Shown: piece by piece, positions 1 through 7,456 of the stretch | Layout of the letters: every line of letters starts with the position of its first letter | How positions within the stretch are numbered: position 1 is the stretch's first letter | Virus record (IMG/VR): IMGVR_UViG_3300029214_000125 | Strand: one strand, 5' to 3' | DNA length: 9,196 nt | Source: a virus | Taxonomy: Duplodnaviria > Heunggongvirae > Uroviricota > Caudoviricetes | Notes under the pieces: model-generated | Seen by the model: the letters and a program-made list of their open reading frames with translations, nothing else | Databases searched by the model: none | What the model was told of the DNA's origin: nothing | Program-made: the position numbers and the translations under genes

Positions 1-24
1 TATTTATCTGGAAGGATTCTGTTG

Positions 25-273
25 ATGAAAATCGAAGAATTACGTGAAATTTTTAGTGAAGATGGCCTCTATGCTGTGTGCGTTGAAAATGGAAATCTTG
101 TTAGTCATTACCGCATTATGTGTTTGCGAAAGAATGGGGCTGCGTTAATTAATTTTGTGGATGCTCGGGTCACGGACGGATTTATCTTGCGCGAAGGTGA
201 GTTTGTCACTTCATTACAGGCATTGAAAGAGATCGGAATAAAAGCTGGCTTTTCTGCTTTTTCAGGAGAATAA
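25..273 (+). CDS. Hypothetical small protein (82 aa from ATG 25); may instead be the C-terminus of a longer gene starting before the window
   Basis: ATG at 25 is preceded by GGAAGGA at 11-17. The frame is open back to base 1, so an upstream start cannot be excluded. Stop TAA at 271-273. No family recognised by eye. Confidence 0.4.
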   Translation: MKIEELREIFSEDGLYAVCVENGNLVSHYRIMCLRKNGAALINFVDARVTDGFILREGEFVTSLQALKEIGIKAGFSAFSGE

Positions 274-342
274 ACTCATCTACAATCTTGCGCGGGGCTG
301 AACTCCCGCTGAGTAACACCGTGCCACCGGAGAAACCCGACA

Positions 343-858
343 TTGAACAAATTGAGTGAAGAAATCCGGTTACAGATTATTCCTTACCTCGTGAGTTTTG
401 CCTTTGCTGATTACTCCAGGTCTGCGGCAAGTAAGGCTCGCTGTGAGCATTGTTCAGGTACGGGATTTTATAATGTATTGCGCGAAGTGGTGAAACACTA
501 CAGACGCGGGGAATCTGTAATCAAGGAAGAATGGGTGAAGGAACTATGTCAGCATTGCCATGGTAAGGGCGAAGCCAGCACAGCGTGCAGAGGGTGTAAG
601 GGTAAAGGGATTGTTCTGGATGAAAAAAGAACCCGGTTTCATGGCGTACCGGTATATAAGATTTGTGGGCGTTGTAATGGAAACCGGTTTAGTCGTTTAC
701 CGACCACGCTGGCACGACGTCATGTCCAGAAGCTGGTACCAGACCTGACCGATTATCAGTGGTATAAGGGGTATGCGGACGTCATTGGTAAACTGGTAAC
801 AAAGTGCTGGCAGGAAGAAGCATACGCGGAAGCGCAATTGAGGAAGGTGACGAGATAA
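343..858 (+). CDS. quuQ: Late-gene antiterminator Q-like protein (171 aa, apparent TTG start)
   Basis: Lies immediately upstream of the cspF/cspB pair and the lysis cassette, the position of Q in lambdoid phages and of quuQ in Qin. The protein carries four CxxCxGxG motifs (CEHCSGTG, CQHCHGKG, CRGCKGKG, CGRCNGNR), suggesting a zinc-binding domain. First in-frame start after the TGA at 310-312 is TTG 343, with GGAG at 329-332. The symbol is assigned by synteny and the start is uncertain. Confidence 0.5.
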   Translation: MNKLSEEIRLQIIPYLVSFAFADYSRSAASKARCEHCSGTGFYNVLREVVKHYRRGESVIKEEWVKELCQHCHGKGEASTACRGCKGKGIVLDEKRTRFHGVPVYKICGRCNGNRFSRLPTTLARRHVQKLVPDLTDYQWYKGYADVIGKLVTKCWQEEAYAEAQLRKVTR

Positions 859-889
859 ATGATTTTTGCTGAAGATGGCGACATGATGT

Positions 890-918
890 TTGCATTTTTC
901 AAAAAATATGGATAAAAT
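890..918 (+). promoter_or_regulatory. Candidate late promoter (PR'-like) downstream of the Q gene
   Basis: TTGCAT at 890-895, a 17-nt spacer, then TAAAAT at 913-918, about 35 nt after the Q stop. This is where lambdoid phages place PR' and the qut site. Motif match only. Confidence 0.25.
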
Positions 919-963
919 TTTTTCAACGATGGGCTTTGTATACCCGACGTTAAGAAAAAGTAG

Positions 964-994
964 AAAACCCGCTGATGAGCGGGTTTTGTGCTTT
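964..994. terminator. Intrinsic terminator hairpin (tR'-like), possibly bidirectional between convergent quuQ and cspF
   Basis: Perfect 10-bp stem aaaacccgct / agcgggtttt with loop gatg (964-987), followed by ttttgtgcttt. The opposite strand has a T-rich tract too. Confidence 0.5.
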
Positions 995-1279
995 AAATGG
1001 GGCAATGGTAATGTTGAATCTCATCCCGGGACTCATGTCTGTTAACTTATTATTTAGCTGGTGACTTGGTTATTTGCCTGATGTTTAAAATGTTTTCTTC
1101 CAGTACAATGTCCCTAAACACAATGAGTCTGCTTATTATATTATTAGCAGAGCTATTACGGCCAAAGTACAGCATAAGCTTTTAAAGCCAATCAACCAGT
1201 CATCAAGACAGACGGGGTTATTCATAAAAACTCTCCATGTGTGATCCGATGGGGCCTGAAATTAAAGCTTTAATATAGC

Positions 1280-1492
1280 TCATGAAAGGTAAACATTGGC
1301 AGCTGAAGGGCCACGCAGACCATTTATCCGGCAAAATTCCACGCGTAATCCGGTGGTAATTTCTTCTGCATCGCGGAGATTGAGCGCTGAGACATGAAGC
1401 TGGACATCGATACGACCATCGGATGGGGTGATAAGACCCTTGCCGCTTTTGCCGTCAAAGGTTTTGACAATTCCTGTCATTTTACGGGACAA
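1280..1492 (-). CDS. cspF: Cold-shock protein, CspA family (70 aa)
   Basis: Translation [13 protein letters not shown]...[16 protein letters not shown] has the cold-shock domain and is divergent from cspB as in Qin. The first codon is TTG, with AAGGA 6 nt upstream on the - strand. Confidence 0.9.
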
Positions 1493-1638
1493 AAAAATTC
1501 CTTAATACTGATAACTTGGCGCACTATACACACGTTCCTGAAGAAAGCTATAGTTTTTTGATGGGGTTGAAGATGGCTGGATGTCTAAAATAAACATTGC
1601 TTCATATGTTCAACTATGCGTTAATGATTGCGTCGGTT

Positions 1639-1665
1639 TGAAGAACAGACGATATACGAAGTAGT
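1639..1665 (+). promoter_or_regulatory. Cold-box-like element in the cspB 5' UTR
   Basis: tgaagaacagacgatatacgaagtag resembles the cold box at the 5' end of cspA-family leaders (recalled from cspA). It sits about 150 nt upstream of the cspB ATG. Confidence 0.35.
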
Positions 1666-1792
1666 TTACTAAAGCAGTTCTCATTTCAGGTGTTATTCAC
1701 TTATTCCTTCTTTGAGTCTCTCCAATTAAGTACGAAGTCGTTTCTGTTATGCAAACCATTTATGCCGAAAGGCTCAAGTTAAGGAATGTAGA

Positions 1793-2008
1793 ATGTCAAA
1801 TAAAATGACTGGTTTAGTAAAATGGTTTAACGCTGATAAAGGTTTCGGCTTTATTTCTCCTGTTGATGGTAGTAAAGATGTGTTTGTGCATTTTTCTGCG
1901 ATTCAGAATGATAATTATCGAACCTTATTTGAAGGTCAAAAGGTTACCTTCTCTATAGAGAGTGGTGCTAAAGGTCCTGCAGCAGCAAATGTCATCATTA
2001 CTGATTAA
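1793..2008 (+). CDS. cspB: Cold-shock protein CspB (71 aa)
   Basis: [38 protein letters not shown]... contains the RNP1/RNP2 motifs. SD TAAGGAA lies 6 nt before ATG 1793. Confidence 0.95.
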   Translation: MSNKMTGLVKWFNADKGFGFISPVDGSKDVFVHFSAIQNDNYRTLFEGQKVTFSIESGAKGPAAANVIITD

Positions 2009-2288
2009 AATTCATCGCTCGTCTGTATACGATAACGAAGAAGGCTGATGCCTGAGTAGAGATACGGACAGAGTAGTGAATATTGGATCTCTTTAATAAA
2101 AAGTAAGGAGGTCCAATACATGAAACAATGGCTAGCATATTTGGCAAAATCTTAATCAGGAAAAGTATGCTAACCATTGTGGTGAAGTGCAGGTTTGCTG
2201 CATGAATAGTTTTACAGCAGAAGCTAACTGCTGGCATGGCAAAACAAAGTGCGTAAGTGGATGACTCCCACAAAAAGCACCACAATCT

Positions 2289-2314
2289 CAAACCCGCTCA
2301 GGCGGGTTTTTTAT
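2289..2314 (+). terminator. Intrinsic terminator closing the cspB transcription unit
   Basis: Stem aaacccgc / gcgggttt with loop tcag (2289-2308), followed by a T run. Confidence 0.55.
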
Positions 2315-2371
2315 TATCTGCTTTAAATATATTATTAAAATATAAAAAATACTTGTTACTAATAAAATCAA

Positions 2372-2542
2372 TCAGGCTACAGCTTTAAGATTTGTCTGGA
2401 ATACTTTGTTGCAATGAGGGCAGATCAAAAGGGCACCTTTTTGTACTCTTGAAAAACTGTGTTCTGACTCTTGGGTGCAGTTTGGGCAGGAACATTTAAC
2501 GAGATAATTACGGCGTGATTTTGAGTTTTTACGTTCTGACAT
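2372..2542 (-). CDS. Small zinc-ribbon protein (56 aa), divergent from the holin gene
   Basis: MSERKNSKSRRNYLVKCSCPNCTQESEHSFSRVQKGALLICPHCNKVFQTNLKAVA has two CxxC pairs about 20 residues apart. AGGAAA lies 5 nt upstream of the ATG on the - strand. Could match one of the small Qin proteins found by ribosome profiling (ynfU-like); not verified. Confidence 0.45.
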   Translation of the reverse strand: MSERKNSKSRRNYLVKCSCPNCTQESEHSFSRVQKGALLICPHCNKVFQTNLKAVA

Positions 2543-2761
2543 AGGCTTTTCCTGTATAAATGGCCGTATACAGTACACTAAATATGAAAACATTTCTCGT
2601 ATTATTATTTTATATATGACTTTCTTTCAAAATAATTACCCACATTTTTAATGTGTATGTTTTTTTAGCGCCGTTGAGAACAACGTGTGCTGTCAAAACT
2701 ACCCCGTAGACTCCGATCTTTTCAAACATATTGCACCATCCGTGTACATCGGGGTGAGGAT

Positions 2762-2977
2762 ATGAAATCAATGGATAAGTTAACAACAGGTGTTGCCTAT
2801 GGCACATCGGCGGGTAATGCTGGTTTCTGGGCATTGCAGTTACTCGATAAAGTAACTCCGTCACAGTGGGCTGCAATCGGTGTGCTGGGTAGCCTGGTTT
2901 TTGGCCTGCTGACGTATCTGACAAATCTTTATTTCAAGATTAAAGAAGACAGGCGTAAGGCTGCGAGAGGAGAGTAA
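2762..2977 (+). CDS. essQ: Phage-21-type pinholin (class II holin S21-like, 71 aa)
   Basis: [71 protein letters not shown] has two transmembrane segments and a charged C-terminus. The Met1-Lys-Ser-Met4 dual-start motif matches the antiholin/holin pair of S21, recalled from the phage 21 sequence. Confidence 0.9.
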   Translation: MKSMDKLTTGVAYGTSAGNAGFWALQLLDKVTPSQWAAIGVLGSLVFGLLTYLTNLYFKIKEDRRKAARGE

Positions 2978-2981
2978 TCCA

Positions 2982-3308
2982 ATGACTCAAGACTATGAAC
3001 TGGTTGTGAAAGGAGTCCGTAATTTTGAGAATAAAGTTACGGTAACTGTAGCCTTACAGGACAAAGAACGCTTTGACGGTGAAATTTTTGACCTGGATGT
3101 CGCCATGGACCGTGTTGAAGGAGCTGCGCTGGAGTTTTATGAGGCAGCAGCCAGAAGGAGCGTCCGGCAAGTCTNNNNNNNNNNNNNNNNNNNTCCTGGA
3201 AGTAGCAGAAAAATTGTCAGAAAAAGTTGAGTCTTATCTGCAGCATCAGTACTCCTTTAAGATTGAAAATCCTGCCAATAAGCACGAGCGTCCTCATCAT
3301 AAATATAT

Positions 3309-3312
<4 letters not shown>
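2982..3312 (+). CDS. ydfR: Conserved lysis-cassette protein of unknown function (YdfR-like), interrupted by an N run
   Basis: ATG 2982 follows an AGGAG RBS. The ORF runs into the N run at 3175-3193 and resumes one frame over (LEVAEKLSEKVESYLQHQYSFKIENPANKHERPHHKYI). Joining the flanks directly restores a single ORF of about 103 aa. The stop overlaps the rrrQ start (ATGA). Confidence 0.7.
3175..3193. other. Run of 19 ambiguous bases (assembly gap or masked bases)
   Basis: Nineteen consecutive n characters in the sequence. Confidence 0.99.
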
Positions 3313-4336
<1,024 letters not shown>

Positions 4337-4699
4337 GGTAATATTAAATCGGAACATTTACATCGCGGAATGTAAAATTTAAATAAAAAGGACTCTTCCA
4401 TGAGCCAAAATTCCTGAAATCTTAAGGGTAAGATAAAAGGTCTTAATCAGAATGACACGTTATTATTAATAAATAAAGCTATTCTTTCATTGCTGTGTTT
4501 TTCTTTACAAAAGTAATCCTTGCTATGGGTGGTTAATCATGCGTTAATGGTGTTCTGGTTTGTTACAAATTTATCTGAAGCAGTCATTGTTATAATTTTA
4601 TTATTTGTACCTCTTGAGATTTCCTTGTTGGTTTTTCTCTCTGATATTTTTTTTCGGACCATTCTGCCCAAGGGCTAATTTCTTCAAAAGGTAATAATT

Positions 4700-4912
4700 A
4701 TGTCTAACAAAATGACTGGTTTAGTGAAATGGTTTAACCCTGAAAAAGGTTTTGGTTTCATCACGCCGAAAGATGGCAGCAAAGATGTGTTTGTCCATTT
4801 CTCAGCAATTCAGAGCAACGATTTCAAAACATTAACTGAGAATCAGGAAGTTGAATTTGGTATTGAGAACGGACCTAAAGGTCCTGCCGCTGTTCATGTA
4901 GTGGCGCTTTGA
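4700..4912 (+). CDS. cspI: Cold-shock protein CspI (70 aa)
   Basis: [71 protein letters not shown] long AT-rich leader (4337-4699) with TATAAT at 4591-4596 precedes it. Confidence 0.95.
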   Translation: MSNKMTGLVKWFNPEKGFGFITPKDGSKDVFVHFSAIQSNDFKTLTENQEVEFGIENGPKGPAAVHVVAL

Positions 4913-5000
4913 GGTAGACAATATTACAAACCATATTCACTTTAGATGCCCGTGTTGTCATGGTTCCCAGTATAGAACATCATCTTTTGATGTTTCTGAC

Positions 5001-5111
5001 ATGAATCCTTTCGGGGCAAAATGTATCTTTTGTAAATCAATGATGATTACATTTGATAATATTTCACAATACTTAAATGCCAGCCGTCTGTCGTTGGATT
5101 TAAAAAAGTGA
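5001..5111 (+). CDS. Small zinc-ribbon-like ORF (36 aa from ATG 5001; frame open from 4902)
   Basis: The frame reads ...CPCCHGSQYRTSSFDVSDMNPFGAKCIFCKSMMITFDNISQYLNASRLSLDLKK. The first CxxC lies upstream of the only canonical start, so the gene may be 5'-degenerate or use a non-canonical start. No convincing SD. Confidence 0.3.
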   Translation: MNPFGAKCIFCKSMMITFDNISQYLNASRLSLDLKK

Positions 5112-5115
5112 AAAT

Positions 5116-5140
5116 GAAGGCTCCTTCGGGAGCTTTTTTG
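5116..5140 (+). terminator. Intrinsic terminator after cspI
   Basis: Stem gaaggctcc / ggagcttt closed by a UUCG tetraloop, followed by a T run (5134-5139). Confidence 0.7.
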
Positions 5141-5183
5141 CTTGGTATCTATTCGATGGATACTCACATACTACGGTAACATC

Positions 5184-5414
5184 ATGAAAAAAATCATAGT
5201 TTTTTTTAACTCTGAACCTGCAGTGGTAGTGCCAGCGATGACTGGAGTTAACACCATCATGCGTGAATATCCAAATGGCGAAAAAACACACCTTACTGTA
5301 ATGGCCGCAGGGTTTCCATCTCTGACCGGAGATCATAAAGTCATTTATGTAGCCGCGGATCGACATGTTACTTCAGAAGAAATTCTGGAAGCAGCAATAA
5401 GGCTCTTGAGTTGA
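5184..5414 (+). CDS. Hypothetical protein (76 aa)
   Basis: ATG 5184 gives MKKIIVFFNSEPAVVVPAMTGVNTIMREYPNGEKTHLTVMAAGFPSLTGDHKVIYVAADRHVTSEEILEAAIRLLS. RBS is weak and no family was recognised by eye. The six-frame track extends it to 5142 (likely spurious). Confidence 0.45.
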   Translation: MKKIIVFFNSEPAVVVPAMTGVNTIMREYPNGEKTHLTVMAAGFPSLTGDHKVIYVAADRHVTSEEILEAAIRLLS

Positions 5415-5585
5415 TTTGATGCTATTGTATTGATAATTCAGGAAAATTTTCTTTGTCTGTTTGTGTAAAATTTAGACTATCGTATGTTGATTATTGCGAT
5501 GTTTCATCTTATCTTTTACACGTTTGCACCATATAATCGACTTACTGTGTAACTGGAAAGTCATAACAGACTAAAAGAGGAAATG

Positions 5586-5759
5586 ATGAATATTGAAAAC
5601 TTAAAAACAAAAGCAGAAGCAGATATTTCTGAATATATAACAAAAAAAATTATTGAACTTAAGAAAAAGACCGGGAAAGAAGTTACCAGTATTCAGTTTA
5701 CCGCACGGGAAAAAATGACGGGTCTTGAAAGCTATGATGTCAAGATTAATTTAATCTGA
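5586..5759 (+). CDS. gnsB: GnsA/GnsB-family small protein (57 aa)
   Basis: Translated by hand: MNIENLKTKAEADISEYITKKIIELKKKTGKEVTSIQFTAREKMTGLESYDVKINLI, matching the GnsA/GnsB family from memory. GAGG at 5577-5580. Absent from the ORF track because it is under 60 aa; ATG 5583 is an alternative start. Confidence 0.8.
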   Translation: MNIENLKTKAEADISEYITKKIIELKKKTGKEVTSIQFTAREKMTGLESYDVKINLI

Positions 5760-5785
5760 TGTATTCAATAATAAAATTTATCCAT

Positions 5786-5812
5786 AAACCTCGTTTTTAC
5801 GGGGTTTTGTTA
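5786..5812 (+). terminator. Candidate intrinsic terminator after gnsB
   Basis: Stem aaacctcg / cggggttt (one G-U pair) with loop ttttta, followed by ttttgtt. Confidence 0.45.
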
Positions 5813-5910
5813 TATTTGAATGGTTCCGAATATCTAAATCACAATTGTTGATGGTTTTTATTAAACCAATGCAGTCCGGCTCAGGAGTGAGAGAAGCCGG
5901 ACGTTATGGT

Positions 5911-6321
5911 TTAGCGTGGTAAGATCTGTGTAGTTTTCTGGATGCTTTCAGTAAATAGTAATGAATTATCAAAGGTATAGTAATATCTTTTTTGTTCGTG
6001 GATATTTGTAACCCACCGAAAAACTCCTGCTTTAGCAAGGTTTCTTCTGTATTCCTGAAATGTGATCTCTCTGGATTTCAGCTTATTAGAGGTCGTTTCT
6101 ATAAGATGCCTATCCTTTGAAAATTTGACAGACACAATGTTTTTTAGGCCCTTTAATAACACTGTATTATCATTTTTTAATACAATATGAACATTCTCTG
6201 TGGCTAAATAGTAAATGTAATGTGAGACATTGTGACGTTTTAGCTCAGAATAAAACCATTGATAGTTTAAATCGTTTCGAACTTTATCAAATATTTGTTT
6301 AAAAATGACTACCTGATCCAT
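5911..6321 (-). CDS. ydfO: Prophage protein of unknown function (YdfO/YbcV-like, about 136 aa)
   Basis: [31 protein letters not shown]... Preferred start is ATG 6321 with GAAGG 7 nt upstream; ATG 6336 is the alternative. Immediately downstream of ynfO on the same strand. Confidence 0.75.
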
Positions 6322-6378
6322 AGATAAACCTTCCATGTGATATGAGGGGGCGTAGTCTGCACGATTATCTAAATTGCT

Positions 6379-6612
6379 TCAATCTGGTCTGACCTGTTTT
6401 CTGAGCAATTCAGTAATGTCACTCTTTTCTTTGTTTGCTTCAGAAGAAACTCTTTTTTCTGAGCACAGTCTCCGGCGGCAGGCTTCAATGACCCAGGCTG
6501 AGAAATTCCCGGACCCTTTTTGCTCAAGAGCGATGTTAATTTGTTCAATCATTTGGTTAGGAAAGCGGATGTTGCGGGTTGTTGTTCTGCGGGTTCTGTT
6601 CTTCGTTGACAT
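6379..6612 (-). CDS. ynfO: Small basic protein with ribbon-helix-helix-like core (YnfO/YlcI-like, 77 aa)
   Basis: MSTKNRTRRTTTRNIRFPNQMIEQINIALEQKGSGNFSAWVIEACRRRL... has a basic arm, an alternating beta-strand-like RNIRFP, a helix, a GSGN turn and a second helix, which is the RHH pattern. Recalled as similar to YlcI/YnfO. Confidence 0.7.
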   Translation of the reverse strand: MSTKNRTRRTTTRNIRFPNQMIEQINIALEQKGSGNFSAWVIEACRRRLCSEKRVSSEANKEKSDITELLRKQVRPD

Positions 6613-6811
6613 GAGGTTGTCCCGTATTCAGTGTCGCTGATTTGTATTGTCTGAAGTTGTTTTTACGTTAAGTTGATGCAGATCAATTAATACGATATCT
6701 GCGTCATAATTGATTATTTGACGTGGTTTGATGGCGTAGATGCACGTTGTGACATGCAGATGATAATTATTATCATTTTGCGGGTCCTTTCCGGCGATCC
6801 GACAGGTTACG

Positions 6812-6823
6812 GGGCGGCGACCT
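6812..6823 (+). other. cosN: the 12-nt lambda cohesive-end sequence
   Basis: GGGCGGCGACCT is preceded by ...cgggtcctttccggcgatccgacaggttacg and followed by cgcgggttttcgctatttatgaaaattttccggtttaagg. This matches the recalled right-end/left-end junction of phage lambda with a few substitutions. Confidence 0.85.
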
Positions 6824-6990
6824 CGCGGGTTTTCGCTATTTATGAAAATTTTCCGGTTTAAGGCATTTCCGTTCTTCTTCGTCGTAACTTAATGTTTTTA
6901 TTTAAAATACCCCCTGAAAAGAAAGGAAACGACAGGTGCTGAAAACGAGCTTTTGGGCCTCTGTCGTTTCCTTTCTCTGTTTTTGGCCGT
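6824..6990 (+). promoter_or_regulatory. cosB-like region with R-element repeats (Nu1 binding sites)
   Basis: A perfect 15-bp inverted repeat gaaaggaaacgacag (6921-6935) / ctgtcgtttcctttc (6961-6975) and a related tttccgttcttcttcg near 6856-6871 lie between cosN and the Nu1 start, matching the positions of lambda R2, R1 and R3. Confidence 0.7.
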
Positions 6991-7000
6991 GGAATGAACA

Positions 7001-7456
7001 ATGGAAGTCAACAAAAAGCAGCTGGCTGACATTTTCGGTGCGAGTATCCGTACCATTCAGAACTGGCAGGAACAGGGAATGCCCGTTCTGCGAGGCGGTG
7101 GCAAGGGTAATGAGGTGCTTTATGACTCTGCCGCCGTTATAAGATGGTATGCCGAAAGGGATGCTGAAATTGAGAACGAAAAGCTGCGCCGGGAAGTTGA
7201 AGAACTGCGGCAGGCCAGCGAGACAGATCTCCAGCCAGGGACTATTGAGTACGAACGCCATCGACTTACGCGTGCGCAGGCCGACGCACAGGAGCTGAAA
7301 AATGCCAGAGACTCCGCTGAAGTGGTGGAAACCGCATTCTGTACTTTCGTGCTGTCGCGGATCGCAGGTGAAATTGCCAGTATTCTCGACGGGATCCCCC
7401 TGTCGGTGCAGCGGCGTTTTTTTTATTGCAGAAAAGCGAGAGGTAATTATGCGTAA
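7001..7456 (+). CDS. nohA: Terminase small subunit Nu1 homologue, C-terminally truncated and fused to foreign sequence (151 aa)
   Basis: MEVNKKQLADIFGASIRTIQNWQEQGMPVLRGGGKGNEVLYDSAAV... is near-identical to recalled lambda Nu1 through ...LSVQRRF, then diverges to FYCRKARGNYA and stops. The Nu1 C-terminal domain that binds gpA is absent. Confidence 0.85.
   Translation: MEVNKKQLADIFGASIRTIQNWQEQGMPVLRGGGKGNEVLYDSAAVIRWYAERDAEIENEKLRREVEELRQASETDLQPGTIEYERHRLTRAQADAQELKNARDSAEVVETAFCTFVLSRIAGEIASILDGIPLSVQRRFFYCRKARGNYA

Noticed and set aside
274-342. Short GC hairpin (gcggg / cccgc) between the first ORF and the Q-like gene
   Set aside because: Only a 5-bp stem with an 8-nt loop and no following T tract; not a credible terminator.
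560-1005. ORFs 560-748 (+) and 697-1005 (-) overlapping the Q-like gene
   Set aside because: Alternative-frame and antisense overlaps of the Q-like ORF; the - strand one also runs through the terminator hairpin. Neither has an RBS.
1998-2291. 97-aa - strand ORF overlapping the cspB 3' end
   Set aside because: Hydrophobic, low-complexity translation with no RBS, antisense to the cspB 3' region. The + strand SD and mini-ORF signals there are more convincing.
2610-2924. 104-aa - strand ORF and the N-terminal extension of essQ (2687-2761)
   Set aside because: The - strand ORF is antisense to the pinholin start. The extension begins at a GTG with no RBS, whereas ATG 2762 and ATG 2771 reproduce the known dual-start motif.
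4958-5366. - strand ORFs 4958-5167 and 5100-5366
   Set aside because: They span the cspI terminator hairpin and are antisense to the small + strand ORFs; no RBS.
6374-6640. 88-aa + strand ORF opposite ynfO
   Set aside because: The - strand translation is recognised as a YlcI/YnfO-like RHH-like protein, while the + strand product is low-complexity. Same-locus antisense ORF.
6921-6975. Perfect 15-bp inverted repeat, considered as a terminator or transposon end
   Set aside because: Its position between cosN and the Nu1 start fits the cosB R-elements recalled from lambda. No T tract follows, and there are no transposase or target-site duplications.
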